This document shows, piece by piece, positions 53,717 to 62,795 of a DNA stretch of 64,000 bases (the stretch's first letter is position 1; every line of letters starts with the position of its first letter). Origin of the DNA: an uncultured Methanosarcinales archaeon (GTDB taxonomy: Archaea; Nanobdellota; Nanobdellia; Woesearchaeales; UBA12501); contig CAYFJX010000008.1 of assembly GCA_964343705.1 (NCBI GenBank), forward strand, positions 447 to 64,446, given 5' to 3'. Under the pieces are notes generated by a model, which saw nothing but the letters and a program-made list of their open reading frames with translations, did no database searches and had not been told where the DNA came from. Both the position numbers and the translations under genes were made by a program.

Positions 53717-56098
53717 TTACTTTAGTTGTTGTTCTTGTGCGTGTTGTTTTATTTCGCCAAAGAAGAGTGGCATCCTAGATTTAATGCGAGCAATTTGTTC
53801 CTTGTCACTTCCATCAAATAATCCAGGCAAGTGTTTTCGAATAATAGACTCAATAACTGCCTCACCAATTTCATCTTTGATGTTATTCTTTGCTAGCCAT
53901 ACACCCAGCTCACGAGAATGAGCAAGACCCATACCAACAAGAACCTCACCAACCGGATCAACTTTTGTAGTTAAGCCCACTTTGTATTCCATTTGACGAG
54001 CCCACGGACCAGCAAGAGGTTCAACTAACTTTGTGATTTCTTTACTGTTTTTCATAAGACGAGCAGTCGGCCTACCCCAATAATGGTAACCAGACAAGAC
54101 AAGCCTGTCAAGTTTTTCATCTGCGTATTTGTTGCTTGCGTCTGTTAGACGATCTGATAAGAGACCTTGCCGGTTTAATTCTGTACAGATTACACTTGCC
54201 ACAGCACATTTACCATCAGTACAAGTGGCTTTACATTCAACAGCTGATCTACATGACGCACCAATATCTTTTTTTGCAGCACACTTTTTACGGTTACAAT
54301 AAAGAGTGGATTCACAATCAGCATGCTGAGAACATTTTTGCCCTGCTCTCTTTTTTGCTGGTGCGGGAGGGGGTGTTCCTTGTTGTTGCTGTTGTTGTGG
54401 TGCTGGTTGTGGTTCTGCTTGTTGTCTTTGTTGACAGGTACCATCCTTACACACATGCATTCTGCTTTTACATTGTTTTGTACTATAACATGATTGTCCT
54501 TCTTCTGCTTGGGGAGCGCAAGCACCATCAGTACACAAGTTAGAATTACATTGCCTATGAGTTACACATGGTTTACCCGGACGTTCGCGTCGCTGGCACT
54601 TCTTACCTCGATTAGTTTCTTTACAATACAAACTATGTTCGCACTGAGCATCTAGTTCACATGGCTTATTATTTTTAATTAATTTAAATGATCCTTTTGG
54701 CCAGCAGGTTCCAACACCATACATGTTTATTTCAGCGCAGTGATTAGATGAACACTGACTATTTTCACTACAAGAATCACCTAATTGACCACGTGAAACA
54801 ATGCAATCAATTTTCCCTCTTCCAGAACCTTTTGAAAATCCTTCATCACAGTGGTAACTAACTTGGCGTCCTTGTCGTTGTTCACGAGCAACACCATTAC
54901 GCCGCGCTGGCTGTCCTCGGGTGACACACGCACCGTCAACACAGACTTTTCCTAAAGAGGCACAATCAATCCTTTTTGATTCACGCTTTCCATTTTTACA
55001 TACTCCTTCTGCAAGACCTTCTGGTTCATTTTTTGTAGGTGTGCAGCTATCAGAAATTGCTCGTGTGTCAGCAAACACATACGATCGAACTTCTGCTTGC
55101 TTGTTTGTATTTCCTCTGCCTGCATCTTCGTCTCTACAGTTAGCCTTTTGCTTACACTGTCCTAAATAACAGAATCCACTACTGCATTGCGTGTTTCGTA
55201 CACATGATTTGCCATTGCCAATTTTTGACGCACACACTTGTGCTTTGTCAAGTTTAAACTGGTTTCTTTTTGCGCCTCCTGAATACAATGGCCACCTACA
55301 AATTTGGTTGCCTGTACAATCAGATTCTTCATAACACTTGTCAATACTGTCAATGTTTACAGCCGCTGCTTGCACTTCAGGTACTTCTTCAGCAGGAGGT
55401 GGTTGTGGAGGAGGTGCTTGAACTTCTGGTTGTTGGGGAGCATGCCGAGGAGCTGGTTCAGGTTGTGGTTCTGGTACTTCAGCAGCTAGTCCTACGAGTG
55501 GAGCGTCTTGACACTCACCATTAACACAGTTACAATCTTCTTCTCCAATACGAAGATCTCTGTCATCACATGACACATATCCTCGCTTGCCTGATTCAGC
55601 AGCAATAACATAATTATCGTCGATACAGTATGATCTGAAGTTTTCTCTTTTACCACCATTGTGAGTAAAAATAATATTACCCGGATTGTTTTCATCAAAG
55701 ACACATCGTTCCCCAACAAGAAGCATATTTAGTTTTGGAGGTGCACCGCCAGGTTGTGAACCAGTAGAACAAGAATTTCGTTTTGCATTTTCATTAGTGA
55801 TAGTTTCAGCAATAGTAAACTCGCCTGCTTGCACTGTTGAAACACCCACACAACCGCTACCATCACACCTACATTCTATGTCTGCAACAGCTAATCCTGA
55901 CACAGATGGTTCTTCAACAAGCACAATTTCGTTTGATTCCAGTAAGAAAAGACTTGCAGCCATTAGTGCGAGTACAGCAACAAAGAATAGGGTTTTGTCT
56001 TTGGGTAGAGAGGGCTTTGCCTGTTTAGAATATACTTTATGCCTCTTCCGAGCAGCCCCCTTTTTTGCGTGCTCTTTTTTTACTTTTTTATCTACCAT
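53717..56098 (-). CDS. 793-aa secreted Cys-rich protein with a 156-aa Cys-free C-terminal domain shared with the next gene
   Basis: N-terminal TM LFFVAVLALMAASLFLL then SVSGLAVADIEC; Pro-rich linker; many CX5-6C..G.C knots; C-terminal CTELNRQGLL...LPGLFDGSDKEQIARIKSRMPLFFGEIKQ. Confidence 0.85.
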   Translation of the reverse strand: MVDKKVKKEHAKKGAARKRHKVYSKQAKPSLPKDKTLFFVAVLALMAASLFLLESNEIVLVEEPSVSGLAVADIECRCDGSGCVGVSTVQAGEFTIAETITNENAKRNSCSTGSQPGGAPPKLNMLLVGERCVFDENNPGNIIFTHNGGKRENFRSYCIDDNYVIAAESGKRGYVSCDDRDLRIGEEDCNCVNGECQDAPLVGLAAEVPEPQPEPAPRHAPQQPEVQAPPPQPPPAEEVPEVQAAAVNIDSIDKCYEESDCTGNQICRWPLYSGGAKRNQFKLDKAQVCASKIGNGKSCVRNTQCSSGFCYLGQCKQKANCRDEDAGRGNTNKQAEVRSYVFADTRAISDSCTPTKNEPEGLAEGVCKNGKRESKRIDCASLGKVCVDGACVTRGQPARRNGVAREQRQGRQVSYHCDEGFSKGSGRGKIDCIVSRGQLGDSCSENSQCSSNHCAEINMYGVGTCWPKGSFKLIKNNKPCELDAQCEHSLYCKETNRGKKCQRRERPGKPCVTHRQCNSNLCTDGACAPQAEEGQSCYSTKQCKSRMHVCKDGTCQQRQQAEPQPAPQQQQQQGTPPPAPAKKRAGQKCSQHADCESTLYCNRKKCAAKKDIGASCRSAVECKATCTDGKCAVASVICTELNRQGLLSDRLTDASNKYADEKLDRLVLSGYHYWGRPTARLMKNSKEITKLVEPLAGPWARQMEYKVGLTTKVDPVGEVLVGMGLAHSRELGVWLAKNNIKDEIGEAVIESIIRKHLPGLFDGSDKEQIARIKSRMPLFFGEIKQHAQEQQLK

Positions 56099-56130
56099 TC
56101 TTTTTTTTATGTGTTGTTTTTTGCTTTTAC

Positions 56131-56144
56131 CATTTATAAAGTTT
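56131..56144 (-). promoter_or_regulatory. BRE/TATA-like box (minus-strand AAACTTTATAAATG) upstream of the 793-aa gene
   Basis: Lies about 35 nt upstream of the ATG at 56098. The same AAACTTTWTAAA core occurs upstream of genes starting at 33097, 35328, 5185, 59506 and 62615. Confidence 0.4.
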
Positions 56145-56146
56145 GT

Positions 56147-59100
56147 TTATTTTTTGCTTTGTTTTTGCTCCATTGCATATTGTTTTATTTCCCCATAGAA
56201 TAGTGGCATTCTAGTCTTAATCCGTGCAATTACTTCTTCTTCTGTGCCATCAAATAAGCCAGGAAGATAAGTACGTAGGATTGTTTCCATTGCTTCTTCA
56301 CTAATCTCTGATTTTGCCATGCCGTTTTCTACAAGCCAGACACCAAGTTCGTGTGAAAAGTCTTCTGCAATACTCAAGACAACTTCACCAACCTGATCTT
56401 CTTTTTTGGTGACTCCCATTTGATGTGCTACATAGCGGCCCCAAGCTAGACCAACTGGTTTTACAATCTCTGTTATGTCGCTTGATTTTTTCATAAGACG
56501 TGCTGTAGGCTTAGCACCATAATGATACCCAATCATATTGTACTTGTCCAGTTTTTGATCTGCAAAGTCAGCACTAGCTTTATGATGAGAATCAGGCATA
56601 AAACCTTGCCTGTTTAGCTCGGTGCAAACCACCTTACATTTTCCATTTTGACATCCTTTGGTACATTCAGCACCTTCACTACATGAAGCTCCCGTTGTCT
56701 TTTTTGCTGCACATTTTTTATTTGCACAATATAACCCTGCATCACAATCAGTGTGTGCAGAACATGACTCTCCTGCTTTCTTTTTTGGTGGAACATAACA
56801 TTTGTTGTTACGACACGTACCTGTTGAACAATCACCTGTTGTAGCACAATAACTATTTGGCGGAGCTTTGAAGTTATGACATGTCTTAGGAGCACCTTGT
56901 TGAGCTGGTCGACAAGAGTTGTAATTAAAATTCCAATCTTTACATTCATCATCAGTATTACACTCCCGTGGACCAGGTTTGTCCTCGCAAACTCCTTTGA
57001 ATTGTCCTTGCACTTTTGTTCGTTTACATTGTTTGTTTCGATCATCACAGTCCGGACTTTGCACACATTGTGAGTCTTCATGCACATCGAGACAGCTGGT
57101 TTCTTCTGTGTAACATACTTGGTTTTCACCACATTGATGACTGTATAAACATTTTTTAGAACACTTGTTGTTGTTACATTCCATAGGAGATTTGCAATCA
57201 GACTTTGCCTCACAATATTCACCTGCTTCCCCTGGAACAGGCCTACAAAGACGAGATAAAACAGCAGGATCATCTCCATACTGAATTAGATCCATACTAC
57301 ATGTCGCGCGACCATCGCAATCATCGTCTGTCACACATTGAGGTTGACCTCGGAATGAATAACACATACTTTCATGACATCCTTCACCTTCATTACAGTC
57401 ATCATCAGAAGCACAACCCTCATCAAGAACAGGTGTTGTTCCACCTTCTGTACACAGTCCAACAGTTGGATTACATGCAAGACCTGCATTTCGGTCACAG
57501 AGATCATTGATTACATCACATTCTTCACCTTCTCCAAGTTCACCTGGGCCACCAATGAGTCCGAGTGGTTCTCCACCTTGCATTGCTCGTACACCAGGTT
57601 CCCCTACAACAATTGTTGCTTGCATACTTTCCATTCCTTCATGAGGAATGCAGTAGTAAGGGAATGTTCCTGCAGTGTCAAAAGTGTGAGTAAATGTTGC
57701 TGATTGTGCCATCCAATCAGCTTGATCAGAACCAGAATCAAAACTACCATCTCGTGCAGTCACTGTATGTTTTGAGACATCATTATTAGTCCATACTACT
57801 GTGTCACCGACGTTAATAGTAAGTTCTTGAGGAGTAAAAGTAAAACTTTCAATAGCTATTTGATGTGTTTCCGCTTGATTACCTAAAAGCTGTAATTGAC
57901 CTTGTGCACATACACCACCTGCTTCGAGATTACATACACCACTTGCACAGTTACGGTTTTCACTACAATCCCCACCATCTTCAATAGCAACGCAAACACC
58001 GCCTTCACAAATATTTGATGCACACCTATCTGATGATGGACATGCTTGACCTGTTGCAATAAGTTCATCACCTTGCTCTGGTGGTTGATCTGGTGCTGGA
58101 GGTGGTTGATCACCAGGAGGTTGATCCCCCGGGGGTGCACCATCTGGAGCTGGTGGAGCACCGATTGCATTAGGGTCACCAATGCCAATACTTTGTGCAC
58201 CAAAGATGTTAAACTGGCCAGATTGTAGTGTAAAAATTCCTGAGAATGTGTACCAGCCTGGTGCAGCGTCAAGAGGAACTCTCACTGTGTAAGTAACTTC
58301 TTGTGACGAGGGAGCTTCCCCTATGCCACCTTCCATGTATAGTTTTCTGAAGAGGTTGTTTTCAACCGGCGCATTGTTTACAACTAATTGTAATCCTTCA
58401 GGCACTGTATCAGTAATAACAAGGGATTGTTCTTCACCTTGCTCATGAATAGCTAGTGTAACAGTAAACTCTCCACCAAGTGGAACAAATGCATTAGACA
58501 TTCGTCGTGTAACATAACTAGAATCTAGAGGAGGAGGTATTTGAGATGCTGCTGCCCTACATGATTTTATAAGAATTTGATACGTTCTTCCAACAGCGTC
58601 AGTGTAGTCACGTGCACTGCTTACAAGACAAACACCACCATCACATTCTGCGTCTGTTCTACATTCTGATTCCGCACCAATTTGTAAACAACGCAGATTG
58701 TAACATCCTTGTCCTTCTGCACATTGATCATCAGTTCTACATTGTCCGTCTGGAACAGGTGGTTGATCTTGTTGTTGTACTTCTGGAGGTTGTTCAGGCT
58801 CGCCTGGTTGTGCTGCAACACACACTTTCTCCTGACAGGTTAAACCATCTCCACAATCATCAACATACTCGCACGCGCCACCTGCAAGAACAGTATAACA
58901 GCGACGGCCAAGACCATTCATTTTATCTACACAGCCTTTGTTAGCATCAGCAACAGTGCAGTCTTCGTTTGAATCACACCGCAGAAGATTAGTACAGTCA
59001 CCATCTTGACAGCCACATTTTATTATGTTTATTTGCGCGTCTTTTCCAGAACAAACATTTTTAATAAGTTTTTTTGACGACGGTACTGTTTGATAATTCA

Positions 59101-59506
59101 TGTCACTACAGCCACTTTTAAGACCTTGAAGATTACCATTGGCAAGCGTCAATGAAACAATGCCATTTTGCGAGGAACATGCTTGACCTTGTAAAAGAAA
59201 ACTTCTGAGTGTGCTTGCAGGTTTTTTAGTTACTGTTGCACACGTTGTTTTTTTGGTTGCTTTTTGTGCTATTTCAAAGGGCCCTGTTTGGCCAAGGAGC
59301 ATAACCCCACTTGTTTGTGCAGCGTTAGCACTGCATTCCGCATCAGGACGTGCAATCACTTGCCCAGTGATCCCTACTGGACTGTATATAACTGAAATTG
59401 CTCCGAAAACAACAATAAGAAACGCTGCAATGAGTGCAGGATTATTATATCTGGACAGAGTACTCTGAAGTCTACCAACTAATCCCCTTTTTTGTGGTTT
59501 TTTCAT
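56147..59506 (-). CDS. 1119-aa secreted modular protein containing a cupredoxin (amicyanin/plastocyanin-like) domain
   Basis: N-terminus KRGLVGRLQSTLSRYNN-TM-VGITGQVI. One beta-sandwich module (about 58178-58513). Cupredoxin at about 57602-57868 with ligand pattern H(KHTV)...C-I-P-H-E-G-M. C-terminal CTELNRQG domain (about 56150-56626). Confidence 0.85.
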   Translation of the reverse strand: MKKPQKRGLVGRLQSTLSRYNNPALIAAFLIVVFGAISVIYSPVGITGQVIARPDAECSANAAQTSGVMLLGQTGPFEIAQKATKKTTCATVTKKPASTLRSFLLQGQACSSQNGIVSLTLANGNLQGLKSGCSDMNYQTVPSSKKLIKNVCSGKDAQINIIKCGCQDGDCTNLLRCDSNEDCTVADANKGCVDKMNGLGRRCYTVLAGGACEYVDDCGDGLTCQEKVCVAAQPGEPEQPPEVQQQDQPPVPDGQCRTDDQCAEGQGCYNLRCLQIGAESECRTDAECDGGVCLVSSARDYTDAVGRTYQILIKSCRAAASQIPPPLDSSYVTRRMSNAFVPLGGEFTVTLAIHEQGEEQSLVITDTVPEGLQLVVNNAPVENNLFRKLYMEGGIGEAPSSQEVTYTVRVPLDAAPGWYTFSGIFTLQSGQFNIFGAQSIGIGDPNAIGAPPAPDGAPPGDQPPGDQPPPAPDQPPEQGDELIATGQACPSSDRCASNICEGGVCVAIEDGGDCSENRNCASGVCNLEAGGVCAQGQLQLLGNQAETHQIAIESFTFTPQELTINVGDTVVWTNNDVSKHTVTARDGSFDSGSDQADWMAQSATFTHTFDTAGTFPYYCIPHEGMESMQATIVVGEPGVRAMQGGEPLGLIGGPGELGEGEECDVINDLCDRNAGLACNPTVGLCTEGGTTPVLDEGCASDDDCNEGEGCHESMCYSFRGQPQCVTDDDCDGRATCSMDLIQYGDDPAVLSRLCRPVPGEAGEYCEAKSDCKSPMECNNNKCSKKCLYSHQCGENQVCYTEETSCLDVHEDSQCVQSPDCDDRNKQCKRTKVQGQFKGVCEDKPGPRECNTDDECKDWNFNYNSCRPAQQGAPKTCHNFKAPPNSYCATTGDCSTGTCRNNKCYVPPKKKAGESCSAHTDCDAGLYCANKKCAAKKTTGASCSEGAECTKGCQNGKCKVVCTELNRQGFMPDSHHKASADFADQKLDKYNMIGYHYGAKPTARLMKKSSDITEIVKPVGLAWGRYVAHQMGVTKKEDQVGEVVLSIAEDFSHELGVWLVENGMAKSEISEEAMETILRTYLPGLFDGTEEEVIARIKTRMPLFYGEIKQYAMEQKQSKK

Positions 59507-59535
59507 TATCCCGTTTAAAAATAGAGCTATTTCCT

Positions 59536-59550
59536 TTTATATAGTTTGTG
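59536..59550 (-). promoter_or_regulatory. BRE/TATA-like box (minus-strand CAAACTATATAAAAGG) upstream of the 1119-aa gene
   Basis: About 30-40 nt upstream of the ATG. The flanking 50 nt align with the upstream region of the 1009-aa gene (62616-62670). Confidence 0.4.
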
Positions 59551-59585
59551 TTTTGGTGAATAGAAAGTGAAAAGAAGAGCCTAAT

Positions 59586-62500
59586 TTAAATGAAAGCATG
59601 CCATGGATACTCTTTCACACAATAACTATTTACGCAGACAAGATCACCATTACATTCTCCAGCTGAACATGGCATGTTAAAACCATTACGTTCAAGATCC
59701 CCTTCTCCAGTACCATCTATGCATTGGTTGTAGATACATTTACCCTTTACACACTCTTTATCATTACTACAAAACATACCAATACCTGCAAGACAGCGCA
59801 TTCCTGCTTGATCACTTGCTTGACAAGTGTACCCCATCTCACATTGTTTATTTATGAAACAGTAATCAGTTGCCCCCCCTGCATTCTGCCTATAGCTTAT
59901 CTCTTCACTTACAGCGTCAGCATAGGCACCACTTGAGTCAGTGTTAAGCTGGATAGTTACATCCCTCACATTAAAGCCCATGGTTGAAATTCGTTCTATG
60001 GTGAATGCGTCATGAGTATTTCCCCAATTACCAGTTGAATCGCTTCCCGCAAGAATTTTTACTGTGTTGGTTTCTCCTGATCGAAGGCGTTCACGAGGAA
60101 TAACAACATGTACTGCACGTTCTTGCCCGTCTTTTAGAACAGGGTCATTTCCTTGCACATAAATTTGTTTGTTCATACGATATACATAGTCAGAATCTTC
60201 AGCAGGATTTTTTACAAAGTAAGTTACAAATTGTCCTGCCCTGTATGCAAGGCTGTTACTACTAACTAAACCTTTTGTAGCAACATTAAAGACCAATTGA
60301 TCAGACCCTTCATTGATATACGGATCAAAAGTAATAATTGCTTCTTTCACCCCATTAGGTCCAAATTCAATTGCATCATTTACCAGTACTGGCTGGCCTA
60401 GTGTTTCTTGAAGTTCTCTTCGTGCTTCAGCTTCAGCTTCAGCAGCAGCTTGCCGTTGTCGTTCTTCAGCAGCTGCACGCTCGGCTTCAGCTTGCCCTTG
60501 CATTTCAGCAAATCCTTCTTCACTAAAAATACATGCCTTGCTTGCAGGATTACAGGTTAAGCCAGGTTTACATCGCGCATAGCCTTCACCACATGGGTGA
60601 CCAAAGTCTCCTGAAGGTGTTCCTTCACAAATGCCTTCCCCTGGACCTTCTTTTTTACATATGCCACTGTCACAATCATTGTGATAGTTACATGCACCAC
60701 CTATTGGACTTACACACCTGTTAAATCCTGGGCCTAATTTTTTACATATACCTGTTGCACATTGCTCGTTTCCTCGACAATCACTACCAAACTGCATTGT
60801 TTGACATGATCCTTGCCAGCAGAAGTTTGATTGACATTGTGCAAAGCTTTGACATGCTTCACCTTCTGATTTCCCTGAACAAGCACCATTGTCACATTTT
60901 TTAGTCATACACATGTCATCTGCAATGTTCATAAACTGGTTTTTAGGTGTGTTCATGTGTGCTTTTTGCTCGTCAGTTGGCATGAAACATTCCATCCCAG
61001 CAGGTCTTAATTCACATTCTTCAGATTTACTGTTACAATAACCAAGAACACATTGTTCATCTATTGCACACCGTCGTCCAAGTTGTTGTGGCTTACATGT
61101 TTTATCAGGACTCACACCTGTGAAGTCTCCGTTTTCATCAAATAAGTTGTCACCAGCGCATTTACCACTGAAACATTCTTTTGCTGTGGAACATGCTTCG
61201 CCATTTGGCTTGCCACCACATGCTCCGTCAATACATTGATTTGAATCGCATTGTTCATTAGTGTCACAAGGGAAGGTTACAGGTCGTAAACGACATTGGG
61301 ATTTACAATACCCTGTAAGACATTGCTCGTGACGGTCACATGCTTTTCCTTTTGCAACCATTTCACACTTTTGCGTTTTTCGATTACACATCCCTTGAAT
61401 ATGCCCTTTACAATCCCTACTTGTTTTACATGCAATGTCTGGTAGGTCTGGTCGTTGTGCAGGTGGAGCTGGCAAGCCAGCAATAGTAAGTTTGTAATCT
61501 CCTGCAATATCAGTTTGCCCGCTTTGCAGTGTTCGTTTTCCAATAAAGATGTAGTCTCCACCAATAACATCTTGAGGGATTTCGACTTCATACGTAAACT
61601 TTGTTGACTCAACAGTGCCTGTTAAACCGTCGACAATTGCTTTTCTGTAATTGTTTGCTGGAGCACGCTTACCATCTTTTAATAATTCTAATCCAGTTGG
61701 CACTTGCTCATTAATAATAAGAGAGGGTTCTTGCCCAACTTCCTGGAAATGTAACGTAACAGTAACTTTGCTTCCAGGTGCAGGTGTTTTAGTGTTAAAA
61801 GTTCGTGAAAGGAGTGACTTTCCAGGTGGTGCTTGAGCTGCTTGGCCCACAACTGGTTCTTTTACAGGTTCCTTAGCTGGTGGAGGTGAAGGAGCTACTG
61901 CAACAAGAGGAGCTTCACCACTTGTACAAATATTATTAATACAGTTTAATTCACCAACGCAATCATCAAGAAAATGACAAGCAGCACCTTCTTGGAGATA
62001 ACATCTTTTGCCAAGGCCATTTCCTTTGTCTACACATTCACTTTGCGCATTTTGTACTCTGCAATCTTCTGTTGCAGCGCACTGCTTTAAGTTTTTACAG
62101 TCGCCATTGTCACAATCACATCCAATAATGTTTAGTTTGACGTCTTTATTATCATTATAACAAAAAGATTTTACCAGCTTAGCTGATGTTGCAGCTTCAG
62201 CATATCCTGCTGCTGTACACCCACTTTTGAATCGTTTCTTTGTGCCTCCCTCAAGTGTGAGTGTAAGAATTCCTGCAGCATCTTCACACAGTTCACCAAG
62301 TAACAAAAAACTTTTTACTGACGCGGCAGGGTAATTTTCTTGTTGACCACAACTGTTTTGCTTACTCATTTTACCAGCAACAGCATACGGTCCCGCTTGG
62401 CCAAGAAGCATAACACCGGTTGCAGTTCCACCTACAGCAGTACATTCTCCTGCAGGTCGTGCAATGGCTTTACCTGTAATACCAATAGGACCATACATCA

Positions 62501-62615
62501 AAGAAAACAAGCCAACTCCAATAATAAAAACAGCAGCAATTACAGCAAGATTGTTGTACCTGGATAAAGTACTCTTAAGACTATCACCTAACCCTCTTTT
62601 TGCTGTCTGTTTCAT
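59586..62615 (-). CDS. 1009-aa secreted modular protein, N-terminal 230 aa paralogous to the 1119-aa protein
   Basis: N-terminus KRGLGDSLKSTLSRYNN-TM-IGITGKAI; one beta-sandwich module (LSRTFNT..SKVTVTLHF..SLIINEQVPTGLELL); Cys knots; AEAERAAAEERQRQAAAEAEAEARRELQ helix followed by a Cys-free beta domain. Confidence 0.85.
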   Translation of the reverse strand: MKQTAKRGLGDSLKSTLSRYNNLAVIAAVFIIGVGLFSLMYGPIGITGKAIARPAGECTAVGGTATGVMLLGQAGPYAVAGKMSKQNSCGQQENYPAASVKSFLLLGELCEDAAGILTLTLEGGTKKRFKSGCTAAGYAEAATSAKLVKSFCYNDNKDVKLNIIGCDCDNGDCKNLKQCAATEDCRVQNAQSECVDKGNGLGKRCYLQEGAACHFLDDCVGELNCINNICTSGEAPLVAVAPSPPPAKEPVKEPVVGQAAQAPPGKSLLSRTFNTKTPAPGSKVTVTLHFQEVGQEPSLIINEQVPTGLELLKDGKRAPANNYRKAIVDGLTGTVESTKFTYEVEIPQDVIGGDYIFIGKRTLQSGQTDIAGDYKLTIAGLPAPPAQRPDLPDIACKTSRDCKGHIQGMCNRKTQKCEMVAKGKACDRHEQCLTGYCKSQCRLRPVTFPCDTNEQCDSNQCIDGACGGKPNGEACSTAKECFSGKCAGDNLFDENGDFTGVSPDKTCKPQQLGRRCAIDEQCVLGYCNSKSEECELRPAGMECFMPTDEQKAHMNTPKNQFMNIADDMCMTKKCDNGACSGKSEGEACQSFAQCQSNFCWQGSCQTMQFGSDCRGNEQCATGICKKLGPGFNRCVSPIGGACNYHNDCDSGICKKEGPGEGICEGTPSGDFGHPCGEGYARCKPGLTCNPASKACIFSEEGFAEMQGQAEAERAAAEERQRQAAAEAEAEARRELQETLGQPVLVNDAIEFGPNGVKEAIITFDPYINEGSDQLVFNVATKGLVSSNSLAYRAGQFVTYFVKNPAEDSDYVYRMNKQIYVQGNDPVLKDGQERAVHVVIPRERLRSGETNTVKILAGSDSTGNWGNTHDAFTIERISTMGFNVRDVTIQLNTDSSGAYADAVSEEISYRQNAGGATDYCFINKQCEMGYTCQASDQAGMRCLAGIGMFCSNDKECVKGKCIYNQCIDGTGEGDLERNGFNMPCSAGECNGDLVCVNSYCVKEYPWHAFI

Positions 62616-62643
62616 AATCCTGTTTAAAAAAGGGGCATCGCCA

Positions 62644-62658
62644 TTTTTATAGTTTGTG
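62644..62658 (-). promoter_or_regulatory. BRE/TATA-like box (minus-strand CAAACTATAAAAATGG) upstream of the 1009-aa gene
   Basis: Paralogous to the 59536-59550 box. Confidence 0.4.
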
Positions 62659-62795
62659 TTTTAGTTATCAAGTGAAGAGAGCACAATCCAAGCATTACCA
62701 AAAATAAGGAAGAACAAACAGCTCAAGGACGCCCTTACACTTATTGATAACGACTCTCAATAAAACTTATAAAAGACCCTTAAAAACAAATTCTG

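Noticed and set aside
43950-62652. Dozens of 60-220-aa ORFs overlapping the giant surface-protein genes (for example 56614-57279 at 221 aa, 50333-50881 at 182 aa, 55686-56198 at 170 aa)
   Set aside because: All are embedded in long ORFs with coherent domain structure. Their translations are low-complexity (Cys/His/Leu/Val runs) and lack signal or start context.
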